DNA of 64,000 nucleotides, from the NCBI GenBank assembly GCA_001002765.1, contig LCMS01000005.1, positions 2,562 through 66,561 on the forward strand. Direction: 5' to 3'. A model generated the notes under the pieces. That model was not told where the DNA came from. It saw only the letters and a program-made list of their open reading frames with translations, and did not search any database. Both the position numbers and the translations under genes were made by a program. The stretch's first letter is position 1; every line of letters starts with the position of its first letter. This DNA is from Candidatus Uhrbacteria bacterium GW2011_GWE2_46_68. Lineage in GTDB: Bacteria; Patescibacteriota; Patescibacteriia; UBA9934; GWF2-40-263. Of the stretch, positions 49,461-59,841 are shown one piece after another.

Positions 49461-51935
49461 TTAAGATGATTTTGTCAGAACAATGGATCCGCGTGCAACT
49501 TTTGCTTTGAGATAAAGCGGACGGGGAGATTGCAAAGCCATTTCTGCGATCGGATATTCCACCTTGGTCTGTATGGCTTGTCGAATGGCACGTGCACCAC
49601 TTCCAGGATCACAGGTTTTGATGACGATGTCCACAATCCCTTTGTCCCACGTGAAGACAATATTTTGATCGGCCAAACGTTTTGTCAGTGCGTTGAGTTG
49701 CTGATTTGTAATGTGTTTGAGGGTGTCCGGAGTCAGGGGACGGAAAATACAGACATGATCAAGACGATTTAACAGTTCGGGTCGCAGGCGATCTTTGAGT
49801 TCTTGCTGCAGATCCTCGGCCAGCTTTGTTTCCGCACCGCGCGCATCGGATTGAAACCCCATGGATCCTTGTTCGAATCGTTCAAGCCCGATGTTTGAGG
49901 TGAGAATCACCAAGGCATGGCGAAAACTGACACTGCGTCCGGTGGCATCCATAAGCTCTCCTTCTTCCAAAATTTGTAAAAGAATATTTTGCACATCACG
50001 ATGCGCTTTCTCAATCTCATCAAAAAGCAAAACCGTATGTGGGCGTTGTTTGATGCGATCCGTAAGTGCGGCAGACTCACGATACCCCACATAACCGGCG
50101 GGAGATCCCATGAGTTTGGAAACCGTAAAGCCTTCGGCGTACTCGGACATGTCAAAACGCACGATGGCTTTGGGGTCTTGAAAATACTGGTGCGCGATCG
50201 CTTTGGCCATTTCCGTTTTTCCCACCCCCGAAGGGCCTAAAAAAAGAAAGGATGCCAAAGGGCGACGAGGATCTTGCAATCCCATTTTGGCGTGTTGAAG
50301 TGCGCCGGAGATGGTGGTGATTGCCTCGGATTGTCCCAAAATGATTTCACCAAGTCGTGCAGAAAGTGTGCGCGCATTCGTATCAGAACCCAAAAGATCA
50401 TCAAGAGGAATACGTGTCATGCGCGAGACCACACGGAAAATATCTTCTTTTGAGATTGTTCCCAGTCGTTCTTTTGAGAGCAAGGGTAATTTGGAAACAA
50501 GATCGGCCAAGTGGTCTTCTTCTTCTTTGAGCATGGTGGCATCTTCATAGCGTTCTTCAAGCACGGCTTGTTTTTTTGCTTTTTTTGCTTCCTGCCATTT
50601 TTGTTCCAATTGTCGGCGTTGTCGCAGGGCGGGAGAAGAAGGAGTTTGCAAATGTGCGCGTGCGGACGCCTCGTCCACAAGATCAATCGCCTTGTCGGGC
50701 TGATGTTTGTGAGGGAAGTAACGATCGGAAAGTGTGGCAGCTGTTTCGATCGCCTCTTGTGTAATGGTAATGCGATGAAATTCCTCATAAGACGGCGCAA
50801 TGCCTTTGAGGATTGCTTTCGTGCGCGCAAGATCAGGTTCTTCCACGCGAACGATTTGAAATCGGCGCTCAAGCGCATGATCGCTTTCAAAACTTTTTTT
50901 GTATTCCGCAGGTGTGGTGGCGCCAATGCAGCGCAATTCCCCGCGAGCCAGCGCAGGTTTCAAAATACTTGCCGCGTCCATAGATCCACTCGCCGACCCG
51001 GCACCCACAAGATTATGAATTTCATCAATAAAGACGATAACCTCGGGATGCACTTTGGCTTCTTCAATGATTTGCTTGAGTCTTGATTCAAACTCTCCCC
51101 GATACATAGTGCCGGCAACCACATGGGCAAGATCAAGGGTAACGACCCGTTTTCCCAAAAGAGTGTCCGGAGCTTTTGCTTGCACAATATGATTGGCAAG
51201 TCCTTCCACGATCGCGGTTTTTCCCACCCCGGCCTCTCCAAGGAGGAGAGGATTGTTTTTGGTGCGGCGACAGAGAATTTCCATGACGCGTTCGATTTCT
51301 TCTCCACGTCCGATGACCGGATCGAGTTGATGTTGTTTTGCTTTCTCCGTCAGATCACGTCCAAAATAATCCAGAGCCGGAGTTTGACTTTCGTCCCGGT
51401 CAAAAGAATCTTCTTCCAACAAGGTTTCTCCTTCCACAATTTCTTGGGGAATTTCACGAGCGAGTTTGGAAAAGCGAGAAGTGCTTTTCATCATCATGGA
51501 TAATTGGCGGCGCAGACGGGTGAGGTTTACTTGTTCTTTTTCAAAAAAAGTGAGGACGTCTTTTGGTTCGGTTTGAAGGAGACCGGAGAGCAAATGCTCG
51601 GTTCCTATATACGAGTGACCAAAGGTATGGGCAAGGAGAATGGCTTTTTCCATGGCACGTTTAGAATCGTCGGAAAGTTCGAGCAAATGATTTTCTTTGT
51701 GTGCGGAAGAAGCGCGGCGTGCAAGAGGTGAAGCGATCCATGTTTTGAGACGATCAGAAGGAAGGTTGGCTTTTTGGAGCATGTCCGAAGCCAAAGAACC
51801 TTTTTGCGCACTCAAAGCCCACAGGAGGTGTCGTGCTTCAATTTTTCTCTGTTGCGTTTCGATCACAAACTGCAAAACGTCGGAGAGGGCGTTTTTAAGA
51901 TGTGTGGAAAATTTATCAATGATGTCAGGAGTCAT
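49461..51935 (-). CDS. clpC: ATP-dependent Clp protease ATP-binding subunit ClpC
   Basis: Clp-N repeats, [11 protein letters not shown] motif, [17 protein letters not shown]. Confidence 0.95.
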   Translation of the reverse strand: MTPDIIDKFSTHLKNALSDVLQFVIETQQRKIEARHLLWALSAQKGSLASDMLQKANLPSDRLKTWIASPLARRASSAHKENHLLELSDDSKRAMEKAILLAHTFGHSYIGTEHLLSGLLQTEPKDVLTFFEKEQVNLTRLRRQLSMMMKSTSRFSKLAREIPQEIVEGETLLEEDSFDRDESQTPALDYFGRDLTEKAKQHQLDPVIGRGEEIERVMEILCRRTKNNPLLLGEAGVGKTAIVEGLANHIVQAKAPDTLLGKRVVTLDLAHVVAGTMYRGEFESRLKQIIEEAKVHPEVIVFIDEIHNLVGAGSASGSMDAASILKPALARGELRCIGATTPAEYKKSFESDHALERRFQIVRVEEPDLARTKAILKGIAPSYEEFHRITITQEAIETAATLSDRYFPHKHQPDKAIDLVDEASARAHLQTPSSPALRQRRQLEQKWQEAKKAKKQAVLEERYEDATMLKEEEDHLADLVSKLPLLSKERLGTISKEDIFRVVSRMTRIPLDDLLGSDTNARTLSARLGEIILGQSEAITTISGALQHAKMGLQDPRRPLASFLFLGPSGVGKTEMAKAIAHQYFQDPKAIVRFDMSEYAEGFTVSKLMGSPAGYVGYRESAALTDRIKQRPHTVLLFDEIEKAHRDVQNILLQILEEGELMDATGRSVSFRHALVILTSNIGLERFEQGSMGFQSDARGAETKLAEDLQQELKDRLRPELLNRLDHVCIFRPLTPDTLKHITNQQLNALTKRLADQNIVFTWDKGIVDIVIKTCDPGSGARAIRQAIQTKVEYPIAEMALQSPRPLYLKAKVARGSIVLTKSS

Positions 51936-51946
51936 AATATCAAAGG

Positions 51947-53131
51947 TTAAATCATCACCGACGAGCGCATGCCATTGTTCCCATCCTGACTACGAGGATC
52001 GTTCCCGCCGAGGAGAGTCTGATGATCGTTATGGAACCAATACGCTCTTGGCACATGAATGGGAGAAAGAAAAAAAGCTCCTATGAGGTAAGAGATGCTC
52101 TCCATGCCATTTGCAACGTTATCCAGTGGTTTTCCTGTTTCTATAAGATGAATCATAAAGGCTATGATCCAATCTTCAGGAGTAAGCCCTGTTTCACCAT
52201 GATAGGGGGAGTTTTCATCTTTTTTGGAAGATTGAAGGAAAGAAAGATACTCAATGGGAGATTGACCTGCTTCAAGAGAAGGTCGAGGGACGAGGTCTCC
52301 TTGGGGTATTCCTCGGCCTTCTCTGGGAATGGAAGCAAAGCCTTTGGGAGTTTCTATGTTTTGTTCATCTGGGTTTGAAGGTTGGAGAAGATGAACAGTC
52401 CAACCAGGAAAAGAATCTTGATTGTCTTCTTGTTCTTTGAGTATCTGTGCCTTTGTCTTCCCCCCATGACCTTTTGTTGTAAAAGACTGTGGATAATAGA
52501 CAAGATTTGGAGAATCCCCCACATCTGCTCCTTGATATCCTGACCATACCCAAAGAGGTTCGTGCGTATAAAGATAAAAGGAAGGATTATTCTTCTTATA
52601 ATCGATAAGAAACTGTTTGAATGTTTCTCGGAGGCTATCAAGGCTCATGCCAAAGGGAACAAGAAGAAGTTTGGTAAAGCCTTGGTCGTGTTTAGTCTCG
52701 AGAGTCTCACGACGTTCAAACAGACGCATGGCGATTTGTTCCAAGGTGGGGATGGGATAAATCTTTCCATCTATGCCCAAGATAACTCCTTCTTTGAGGA
52801 TGCCTACTTGTTCAAGAAGGGAGACTTGAGAAGTGTATTGCTCACGAAGATTGTAAAGACGTTCAGCTTCTTGAAAATATTCGGGGAGTTTTTCTTCTTT
52901 TGGTTCCCCATTCTTAAGTAGATATTCAAAGCGTTCGAGAAGGAGAGCGAGTCGTTCAAGATCTGGGATGGAGAGTTTACAGGTCGCCTCACGCAGGAGG
53001 TCGGGCTTGCCAAGAGATTCTCTGGAAATCTCATGAGCTTTTGTAAAATCAATGATCTCTTGTCGCAGAGTTTCAAAATGCGCGCGATATTGTTCGGGCA
53101 AAGAATCACGGACACTTGAAACAGAATCCAT
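51947..53131 (-). CDS. DGR target-family paralog (remote, diverged VR)
   Basis: MDSVSSVRDSLPEQY..TPEDW..VPRAYW..GMRSSVMI; ATG 53131 chosen because longer starts overlap htpX. Confidence 0.88.
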   Translation of the reverse strand: MDSVSSVRDSLPEQYRAHFETLRQEIIDFTKAHEISRESLGKPDLLREATCKLSIPDLERLALLLERFEYLLKNGEPKEEKLPEYFQEAERLYNLREQYTSQVSLLEQVGILKEGVILGIDGKIYPIPTLEQIAMRLFERRETLETKHDQGFTKLLLVPFGMSLDSLRETFKQFLIDYKKNNPSFYLYTHEPLWVWSGYQGADVGDSPNLVYYPQSFTTKGHGGKTKAQILKEQEDNQDSFPGWTVHLLQPSNPDEQNIETPKGFASIPREGRGIPQGDLVPRPSLEAGQSPIEYLSFLQSSKKDENSPYHGETGLTPEDWIIAFMIHLIETGKPLDNVANGMESISYLIGAFFLSPIHVPRAYWFHNDHQTLLGGNDPRSQDGNNGMRSSVMI

Positions 53132-53181
53132 GACGGCTTCGTGGAGAGTAGCGGATAAAGGAGGTTCAGAAGACAGAGTCC

Positions 53182-53212
53182 CCCTTCGTCCCGCCGTTGG
53201 CGGGACTTCGGG
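53182..53212. repeat. Small REP-like palindrome upstream of the DGR target paralog
   Basis: CCC-ttc-GTCCCGCC-gtt-GGCGGGAC-ttc-GGG. Confidence 0.65.
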
Positions 53213-53225
53213 CCGTTTGAGAAAA

Positions 53226-54116
53226 TTACAAGGAAGCATCCATATGACGCAGGCGTTCGATACGTTTTTCAATCGGAGGATGAGTGCTGAACAAATGTTC
53301 AAATCGTTTGGTCACAAAAGGATCAAAGGGATTGGCAAGAAACAGATGAGCGGTTGCATGATTGGCTTTTTGTAAAGGGCGATCTTGAGTGGCGATTTTT
53401 TCCAAGGCTTGTGCCAGACCCTCCGGGTAACGTGTGAGAAGAGCGGCGGAAGCATCGGCCAGATATTCTCGTTTGCGACTGATCGCCAGTTTAATGAGCT
53501 CGGCAATCAAAGGAGAGAGGAGCGCCAGGACAATCCCAATGAGAAAAATCCAAACCGCGTTTTGTCCCTCTTGCCGTCTTCCACCAAAAAGATTTCCACG
53601 CAAAAGAATATCGGATAAAAGAAGAATGGCGCCGACCATAACAACAACCAAGGTCATGAAACGAATATCATAATTTTTAATATGAGAAAGTTCATGAGCC
53701 AAAACTCCTTCGAGTTCTTGTTTATCAAGAAGTTTGAGAAGGCCGGTGGTGACGGCAATCGCCGCATGGGCAGGATCGCGACCTGTGGCAAAGGCATTTC
53801 CCGCTTCATCGGGAATGATATAGATCGCAGGAGTGGCAAGGCCGCTTCCAATCGCCAGATTTTCCACCAAGCGATACAGCTCGGGCGCATCGGATTTTTG
53901 AATGGGTTTTGCCCCTGATGTCATGAGTGCCACTTTGTCTCCACTAAAATAACCGATCAATACAAGAATCGTCGCAAGGAGAGCGGCAAGGATAATGCCT
54001 CCTTCCGGAGATTCAAAAGCCGCTCCGAGCACCCAGCCCAGAGCGACCAAAAGAGTGGTACAGATAATGATAAGCAACCAAGAATCTCGTTTGTTGCGGG
54101 CAATGTCGGCGTACAT
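53226..54116 (-). CDS. htpX: Zinc metalloprotease HtpX (M48)
   Basis: NAFATGR, LAHELSH, SRKREYLAD, STHPP. Confidence 0.96.
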   Translation of the reverse strand: MYADIARNKRDSWLLIIICTTLLVALGWVLGAAFESPEGGIILAALLATILVLIGYFSGDKVALMTSGAKPIQKSDAPELYRLVENLAIGSGLATPAIYIIPDEAGNAFATGRDPAHAAIAVTTGLLKLLDKQELEGVLAHELSHIKNYDIRFMTLVVVMVGAILLLSDILLRGNLFGGRRQEGQNAVWIFLIGIVLALLSPLIAELIKLAISRKREYLADASAALLTRYPEGLAQALEKIATQDRPLQKANHATAHLFLANPFDPFVTKRFEHLFSTHPPIEKRIERLRHMDASL

Positions 54117-54119
54117 GCA

Positions 54120-54671
54120 CTAGAACGTTACCTTTGGCGTTTGCTCAGCCTCGGAGGGGGCATCAAAGAATTCCTTTTTTTGAAAACCAAATGGGCCGGC
54201 AATCACATTGTTTGGAAAAGATTGCAAAGCCGTGTTGTAATCACGCGTCATGCCATTATAGAAGCGGCGAGACGCTTGGATTTTATCTTCGGCATCAGTG
54301 AGTTCTTGTTGGAGGTGCAAAAAATTTCCTGCGGCTTGGAGGGAAGGATAATTTTCCGCAACCGCAAAAAGAGATTTCAAGGATTGGGTGAGCATGTTTT
54401 CCGCTTGTGCATGATCGGTCATGGTTTGCGCATTCATGGCTGCGCTGCGTGCTTGAGTGACCTTGGTAAAAACAGAATCTTCATGCATAGCGTACGCCTT
54501 CACAGACTGCACAAGATTGGGAATAAGGTCATAGCGGCGCTTGAGTTGCACTTCGATATCGGACCACGCTTCTTCCACACGATTCCGCAGACGAATGAAA
54601 CGATTGTATGTTACAATAAGCCAACCGCACAGGATCACAAGCACGATCACGATCGCATAGATAATTTCCAT
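54120..54671 (-). CDS. lemA: LemA family protein
   Basis: WSDIEVQLKRRYDLIPNLV, AENYP, RRFYN, FPNN. Confidence 0.97.
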   Translation of the reverse strand: MEIIYAIVIVLVILCGWLIVTYNRFIRLRNRVEEAWSDIEVQLKRRYDLIPNLVQSVKAYAMHEDSVFTKVTQARSAAMNAQTMTDHAQAENMLTQSLKSLFAVAENYPSLQAAGNFLHLQQELTDAEDKIQASRRFYNGMTRDYNTALQSFPNNVIAGPFGFQKKEFFDAPSEAEQTPKVTF

Positions 54672-54744
54672 AAAATAACGAAGAAAATTAGAGATTTTTC
54701 ACCTAAAATGGTACGGGATTTTCCCTTGAGCGTCAATCAAAATT

Positions 54745-56103
54745 ATGCAAGTTTCCCATGCGATTTTTAAGGCCTATGATATTCGTGGATTGGTAGGAAG
54801 TGAGATCACTCCAGAGTTGGCATATCATTTGGGTCGCGCGTACGTCACTTTTTTACGTGAACAATATTCCGACGAATCTCTTTCTGTTGTGGCAGGCCAT
54901 GATATGCGTCCTTCTTCTTTGGAATTGCAATCCGAACTCATCCGCGGTTTTGTGGATGGAGGCGCGCATGTTTTGGATATTGGTCTTGTTTCCACACCGG
55001 TTTTTTATTTTAGTGTGGGACATTTGAAAGCTCATGGAGGAATCACCGTGACAGCTTCTCATAACCCCGTCACATACAATGGATTTAAGTGCGTGCGGGA
55101 CATGGCGATTCCTGTGGGAGGAGACAGTGGATTTGCTCGTATCATTGAGTTGATCGAGTCCGAAGTCTATACACAGGGGGAGGGGAGTGTAGAAAAAATT
55201 TCCAATATCACAACCGTAGCGGTGGAGGCGCATAAGGCATTTGCCGGGGAAGGGGAGATACGACCCATGAAAATTGTGGCTGATCCCGGAAACGGCATGG
55301 GAGCCCAATATCTGGATGCGCTTTTCTCTCTTTTGCCTGTGGACGTTGTGCGTTTGTATTGGGATTTGGATGGCGCGTTTCCCAATCATGAATCCAATCC
55401 TCTCAAAGAAGAAACACTTAAAGATCTTCAAGCAAAAGTTGTGGCGGAAAAAGCTGATCTCGGTATTGCCACCGATGGGGATGGGGATCGCATCTTTTTT
55501 GTGGATGAAACAGGGAAAACCGTGGAGCCGGCGATCATTCGAGGAATACTGTCTCAAGTAATGTTGCGGCGTTTTCCTGGCGCTACGATTTGTTATGACG
55601 TGCGTCCGGGAAAAATCACTGAGGATATGATTGTGGAGGCAGGGGGCAAACCTTCGCGCACACCAGTGGGTCACTCCCTTATCAAAGCTCAAATGCGTCG
55701 AGAAGGAGCGGTGTTTGGTGGAGAATCTTCCGGTCACTTTTATTATAACTTTCCAACCGGGACATATGATGGGCCTGTCACATCTATTGTGCAGATTTTG
55801 CAAGAGATCACGCGGGCAGGGAAACCGTTTTCACAAATTGTCGCGCCTTTGCATCGTTACGCACATTCCGGAGAAATAAATTATCATGTGGAGGAGAAGA
55901 TCACGGCACTCGATCGGCTCAAAGCACAGTATGGAGATGGTAAACAAGACACACTCGATGGTCTAACCGTCACTTACCCCACCTATTGGTTTAATGTGCG
56001 ATCTTCAAATACCGAATCTCTTTTGCGACTCAATCTTGAAGCTATAGATCGATCTACCATGGAGACTAAGCGCGACGAAGTCGCCGCCATCATTCAACAA
56101 TAA
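54745..56103 (+). CDS. Phosphomannomutase/phosphoglucomutase
   Basis: FKAYDIRG, TASHNP, DGDGDR, GGESSGH. Confidence 0.96.
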   Translation: MQVSHAIFKAYDIRGLVGSEITPELAYHLGRAYVTFLREQYSDESLSVVAGHDMRPSSLELQSELIRGFVDGGAHVLDIGLVSTPVFYFSVGHLKAHGGITVTASHNPVTYNGFKCVRDMAIPVGGDSGFARIIELIESEVYTQGEGSVEKISNITTVAVEAHKAFAGEGEIRPMKIVADPGNGMGAQYLDALFSLLPVDVVRLYWDLDGAFPNHESNPLKEETLKDLQAKVVAEKADLGIATDGDGDRIFFVDETGKTVEPAIIRGILSQVMLRRFPGATICYDVRPGKITEDMIVEAGGKPSRTPVGHSLIKAQMRREGAVFGGESSGHFYYNFPTGTYDGPVTSIVQILQEITRAGKPFSQIVAPLHRYAHSGEINYHVEEKITALDRLKAQYGDGKQDTLDGLTVTYPTYWFNVRSSNTESLLRLNLEAIDRSTMETKRDEVAAIIQQ

Positions 56104-56110
56104 TAATCGT

Positions 56111-57331
56111 ATGCCCATCATCACTGACCAAGAAAGAATCCATCATCTTTTAACACGAGGGGTGGAACACGTCTATCCTTCACGAGAGTTTTTGGAGGCA
56201 CGACTCAAAGAAGGAAAGCCGCTCACGCTTTACCTCGGCATTGATCCCACAGGACCCAATCTGCATATGGGGCATGCAATCGTGCTTCGCAAGATGCGCG
56301 AGTTTCAAGAGCTTGGGCACAAACTCATTTTGCTCATAGGGGATTTTACCGGCATGATCGGAGACCCTACGGATAAATCCGCTACGCGTGTACGATTGAC
56401 GCGGGAACAAGTTTTGGAAAACGCGAAAAATTATCAAGCGCAAGCATCCAAGCTTATTCTTCTTGAAGGAGAAAATGCCGCTGAGGTGAAATATAACAGC
56501 ACATGGCTTGGACAAATGACTTTTACTGATGTTGTAGAATTGGCTTCTCATTTTACTGTACAGCAATTACTCGAGCGCGATATGTTTCAAAAGCGTATGG
56601 AAGAGGGGCGCCCCATTCATTTGCATGAGTTCCTCTATCCCACTATGCAAGGCTATGACTGTGTAGCTATGAATGTGGACGGGGAAATCGGCGGAAATGA
56701 TCAGACGTTTAATATGCTCGCCGGTCGGGATTTGATGAAAGATTTGAAAGGACGGGAAAAGTTTGTGGTGACGATGAAATTACTCGTGGATCCAACCGGT
56801 AAAAAAATGGGCAAGAGCGAGGGAAACATGATTTGTCTTTGCGATAGTGCGGACGACATGTTTGGGAAGGTTATGAGTTGGACCGATGGCATGATTGTTC
56901 CCGGGTTTGAGCTCTGCACTTTTGAAACAGATAAGGAAATCCAGTCGATTGCCGTTCAACTTAAAGAAGGCATCAATCCGCGTGATCTTAAAGCGCAATT
57001 GGGACGCAAGGTCGCGGAGATTTATCACGGGGCAGAGGCGGCGCAAGCGGCATCTGATTGTTTTGACCAACTGTTTCGCGAGCACCAATCTCCCCGGGAG
57101 ATGCCGATCTTTGTCATCAATGGAGAGATGAATATCGTAGATCTTTTGGTGGCAAGCAAATCCGTTTCGTCAAAAACCGAAGCGCGCAGGCTTATTGATG
57201 GCAAAGGCATCAAGGTGGGGGATCGTGTGGTGGAAACATACGAGGAAACGGTCAACCCCACCAAAGAAGGAGTCATTCTTCAAAAAGGCAAACGTCATTT
57301 TGTCAAAATAGTTTTAACCCAAACCACATGA
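56111..57331 (+). CDS. tyrS: Tyrosine--tRNA ligase
   Basis: GIDPTG..HMGH, GGNDQ, KMGKS, C-terminal S4 domain. Confidence 0.97.
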   Translation: MPIITDQERIHHLLTRGVEHVYPSREFLEARLKEGKPLTLYLGIDPTGPNLHMGHAIVLRKMREFQELGHKLILLIGDFTGMIGDPTDKSATRVRLTREQVLENAKNYQAQASKLILLEGENAAEVKYNSTWLGQMTFTDVVELASHFTVQQLLERDMFQKRMEEGRPIHLHEFLYPTMQGYDCVAMNVDGEIGGNDQTFNMLAGRDLMKDLKGREKFVVTMKLLVDPTGKKMGKSEGNMICLCDSADDMFGKVMSWTDGMIVPGFELCTFETDKEIQSIAVQLKEGINPRDLKAQLGRKVAEIYHGAEAAQAASDCFDQLFREHQSPREMPIFVINGEMNIVDLLVASKSVSSKTEARRLIDGKGIKVGDRVVETYEETVNPTKEGVILQKGKRHFVKIVLTQTT

Positions 57332-58416
57332 TTTGGACCATCATTCTTTTTATTGCGCTTCTTTCCCTTTTGGTTTTTGTCCATGAGCTCGGTCATTTTT
57401 GCGTAGCAAGACGCATGGGCATGAAGGTGGAGGAATTCGGATTTGGATTTCCTCCTCGGCTGTTTGGTATTCGTCCAAAACCTGAAGGAACGATTTACTC
57501 CATTAACTGTATTCCGATCGGCGGGTTTGTGCGCATTAAAGGGGAAGGAGGAGGAGAGACACAAGAGCCGGATAGTTTTGCTTCCAAAGCCGTGTGGAAA
57601 CGTTTTCTTGTTTTAGTGGCCGGTGTTGCCATGAACATCGCCCTTGCCGCGTTTTTGTTTATCATGGGATTTACTTTTGGGATTCCTTCCGTGATCACAG
57701 ATGATGTTCCTGCCTCGGCGCATATCATAGATGAGAAGATTCAGGTTTATTCCGTTTTATCTCAAAGTCCGGCCGAGATGGCAGGGATGGTACCAGGGGA
57801 CATTTTAATTTCGGTTGACGGTCAGGTTTTCGCCGAGTCCGAGGAGGTGCGCAATTATATTCAAACTCATGGAGACGAGGGGATTTTGATGACATGGAAG
57901 CAGACAAGCGGAGAGATAAAAACCGTAGCTATAACCGCAGCTGATCTTACTGAAATGGATTTTCATGGACTGGGAGTGGGGTTTGTGAAAACCGGTCTTG
58001 TTTCCTATCCTATTCATAAAGCGATTGTTCAAGGAATGGTTGCGACGGCAGCGTTAACATGGGATATCACAAAAGCGTTTGGGCAGATCATTAAAGATGT
58101 GGTGATTCATCAAAAAGTGGAAGCCGAACTTTCTGGACCTGTGGGGATTGCGGTGATGACCGGAGAGGTGGCGCAGATGGGATGGACATATTTGATTCAT
58201 TTTGCGGCCGTGCTTTCTTTGAATCTTGCCGTTATCAATATTTTGCCTTTCCCCGCGCTTGATGGAGGGCATGTAGTTTTTCTTTTGGTTGAAAAAATAC
58301 GTCGTAAGCCTGTGGGAGAATCCCTTCGTTCGCTCGCGAATAATCTCGGGTTTGCTTTTTTGATTATTCTTGCGGTCATCGTGACCTATCGTGATGTGAT
58401 CAACTTCGGAGCGTGA
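57328..58416 (+). CDS. rseP: Site-2 (M50) membrane zinc metalloprotease with PDZ domain
   Basis: HELGH, PIGGFV, PDZ, NILPFPALDGG. Confidence 0.95.
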   Translation: MIWTIILFIALLSLLVFVHELGHFCVARRMGMKVEEFGFGFPPRLFGIRPKPEGTIYSINCIPIGGFVRIKGEGGGETQEPDSFASKAVWKRFLVLVAGVAMNIALAAFLFIMGFTFGIPSVITDDVPASAHIIDEKIQVYSVLSQSPAEMAGMVPGDILISVDGQVFAESEEVRNYIQTHGDEGILMTWKQTSGEIKTVAITAADLTEMDFHGLGVGFVKTGLVSYPIHKAIVQGMVATAALTWDITKAFGQIIKDVVIHQKVEAELSGPVGIAVMTGEVAQMGWTYLIHFAAVLSLNLAVINILPFPALDGGHVVFLLVEKIRRKPVGESLRSLANNLGFAFLIILAVIVTYRDVINFGA

Positions 58417-58417
58417 T

Positions 58418-59740
58418 ATGTCTCTTTTTCGATCAAGTTTGGAATCCATCCCCTCTGCCACCCCCACGGAGGTGGGGGTCCAGCGCACTTCAGCAAATCT
58501 CCACGAAGCCATCATGGATTCGGTTTCAAGTGTTCGTGATTCTTTGCCCGAACAATATCGCGCACATTTTGAAACTTTGCGACAAGAGATTATTGATTTT
58601 ACAAAAGCTCATGGGATTTCCAGAGAATCTCTTGGCAAGCCCGACCTTCTGCGCGAGGCGACCAGCAAACTTTCCACTTCAGATCTTGAACGACTCGCTC
58701 TCCTTCTTGAGCGTTTTGAATATCTGCTTAAGAATGGGGAACCAAAAGAAGAAAAACTCCCCGAATATTTTCAAGAAGCTGAGCGTCTTTACAATCTTCG
58801 TGAGCAATACACTTCTCAAGTTTCCTTTCTTGAACAGTCTGGCATTCTCAAAGAAGGAGCTATCTTAGGCATAGATGGAAAGATTTATCCCATCCCCACC
58901 TTGGAACAAATCGCCATGCGTCTCTTTGAACGCCGTGAGACTCTCGAGACTAAACACGACCAAGGCTTTACCAAACTTCTTCTTGTTCCCTTTGGCATGA
59001 GCCTTGATAGCCTCCGAGAAACCCTCAAACAATTTCTCATCAAACATAAAGAGTTCCACTCCTCTTTTGATCTTAATGATCACCAACCTCTCTTGGCATG
59101 GTCAGAATATTACGGAGCAGACATAGGGAATTCTCCAAAGCTTGTTTATTATCCACAGTCTTTTACAAAAAAAGGTCATGGGGGGAAGACCAAGATGGAG
59201 ATACTTAAGGAACAAGCCAAAGGACGATGGACCCCTGCCTTTGCAGGGGTGGCAGGAGAGAAGGGATTGAGAACCCCCGGTTGGACGGTTCATCTTCTCC
59301 AACCTTCTAATCCTTCCAATCCACATTCCCCAGGCTTTGCTCCCATTCCCAGACAAGGCCAAGGAACACCCCAAGGAGACCTCATCCTTCGTCATCCTCT
59401 TGAAGCAAACAAAACCCCTATTGAATATCTTTCCATTCTTCAAAAAGCTCAAGAGGATGAAGACTCTCCCTATCATGGTGAAACAGGTATGACTCCCGAA
59501 GATTGGATCATGGCCTTTATGATTCACCTCACAGAAACAGGAAAACCTTTGGATAACTGGGAAAACGGGGGAGAAAGCAGGTCTTATCTTACAGGAGCTT
59601 TTTTTTCTTTCTCCATCTCCATCCTTGTGCCGGGCGCGGGCTGGAGCTGTGACAGTCGTCAGGTTCGCCTCGGATTGGGCGGTCATCGCTCTTCGCTGCA
59701 CGCCATGTTCAATGGAGTGCGGTCTTCGGTGGTGGTTTAA
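58418..59740 (+). CDS. DGR target-family paralog
   Basis: Colinear with 62265-63599; VR-like region 59617-59672; ends GVRSSVVV; alternative start 58514. Confidence 0.9.
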   Translation: MSLFRSSLESIPSATPTEVGVQRTSANLHEAIMDSVSSVRDSLPEQYRAHFETLRQEIIDFTKAHGISRESLGKPDLLREATSKLSTSDLERLALLLERFEYLLKNGEPKEEKLPEYFQEAERLYNLREQYTSQVSFLEQSGILKEGAILGIDGKIYPIPTLEQIAMRLFERRETLETKHDQGFTKLLLVPFGMSLDSLRETLKQFLIKHKEFHSSFDLNDHQPLLAWSEYYGADIGNSPKLVYYPQSFTKKGHGGKTKMEILKEQAKGRWTPAFAGVAGEKGLRTPGWTVHLLQPSNPSNPHSPGFAPIPRQGQGTPQGDLILRHPLEANKTPIEYLSILQKAQEDEDSPYHGETGMTPEDWIMAFMIHLTETGKPLDNWENGGESRSYLTGAFFSFSISILVPGAGWSCDSRQVRLGLGGHRSSLHAMFNGVRSSVVV

Positions 59741-59841
59741 AACTACTCATTACCAAATCCTCGGATTGTCGATCAATATAAAACTCGCTAGACTGAAGGA
59801 GGTTTAGGAGATCATATTTTCATCAATAGAATCGATTATGT

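Noticed and set aside
53132-53302. N-terminal extensions in the ORF track (also 24675-24800, 35245-35316, 17075-17200, 18448-18609, 37620-37772)
   Set aside because: They overlap neighbouring genes or structured leaders; downstream ATGs fit homology or SD position better.
54853-55803. Long antisense ORFs (316 aa here; also 42938-43747, 22596-23384, 27735-28373, 41212-41769)
   Set aside because: They lie opposite well-supported genes or a tRNA and have no recognisable motifs; shadow ORFs.
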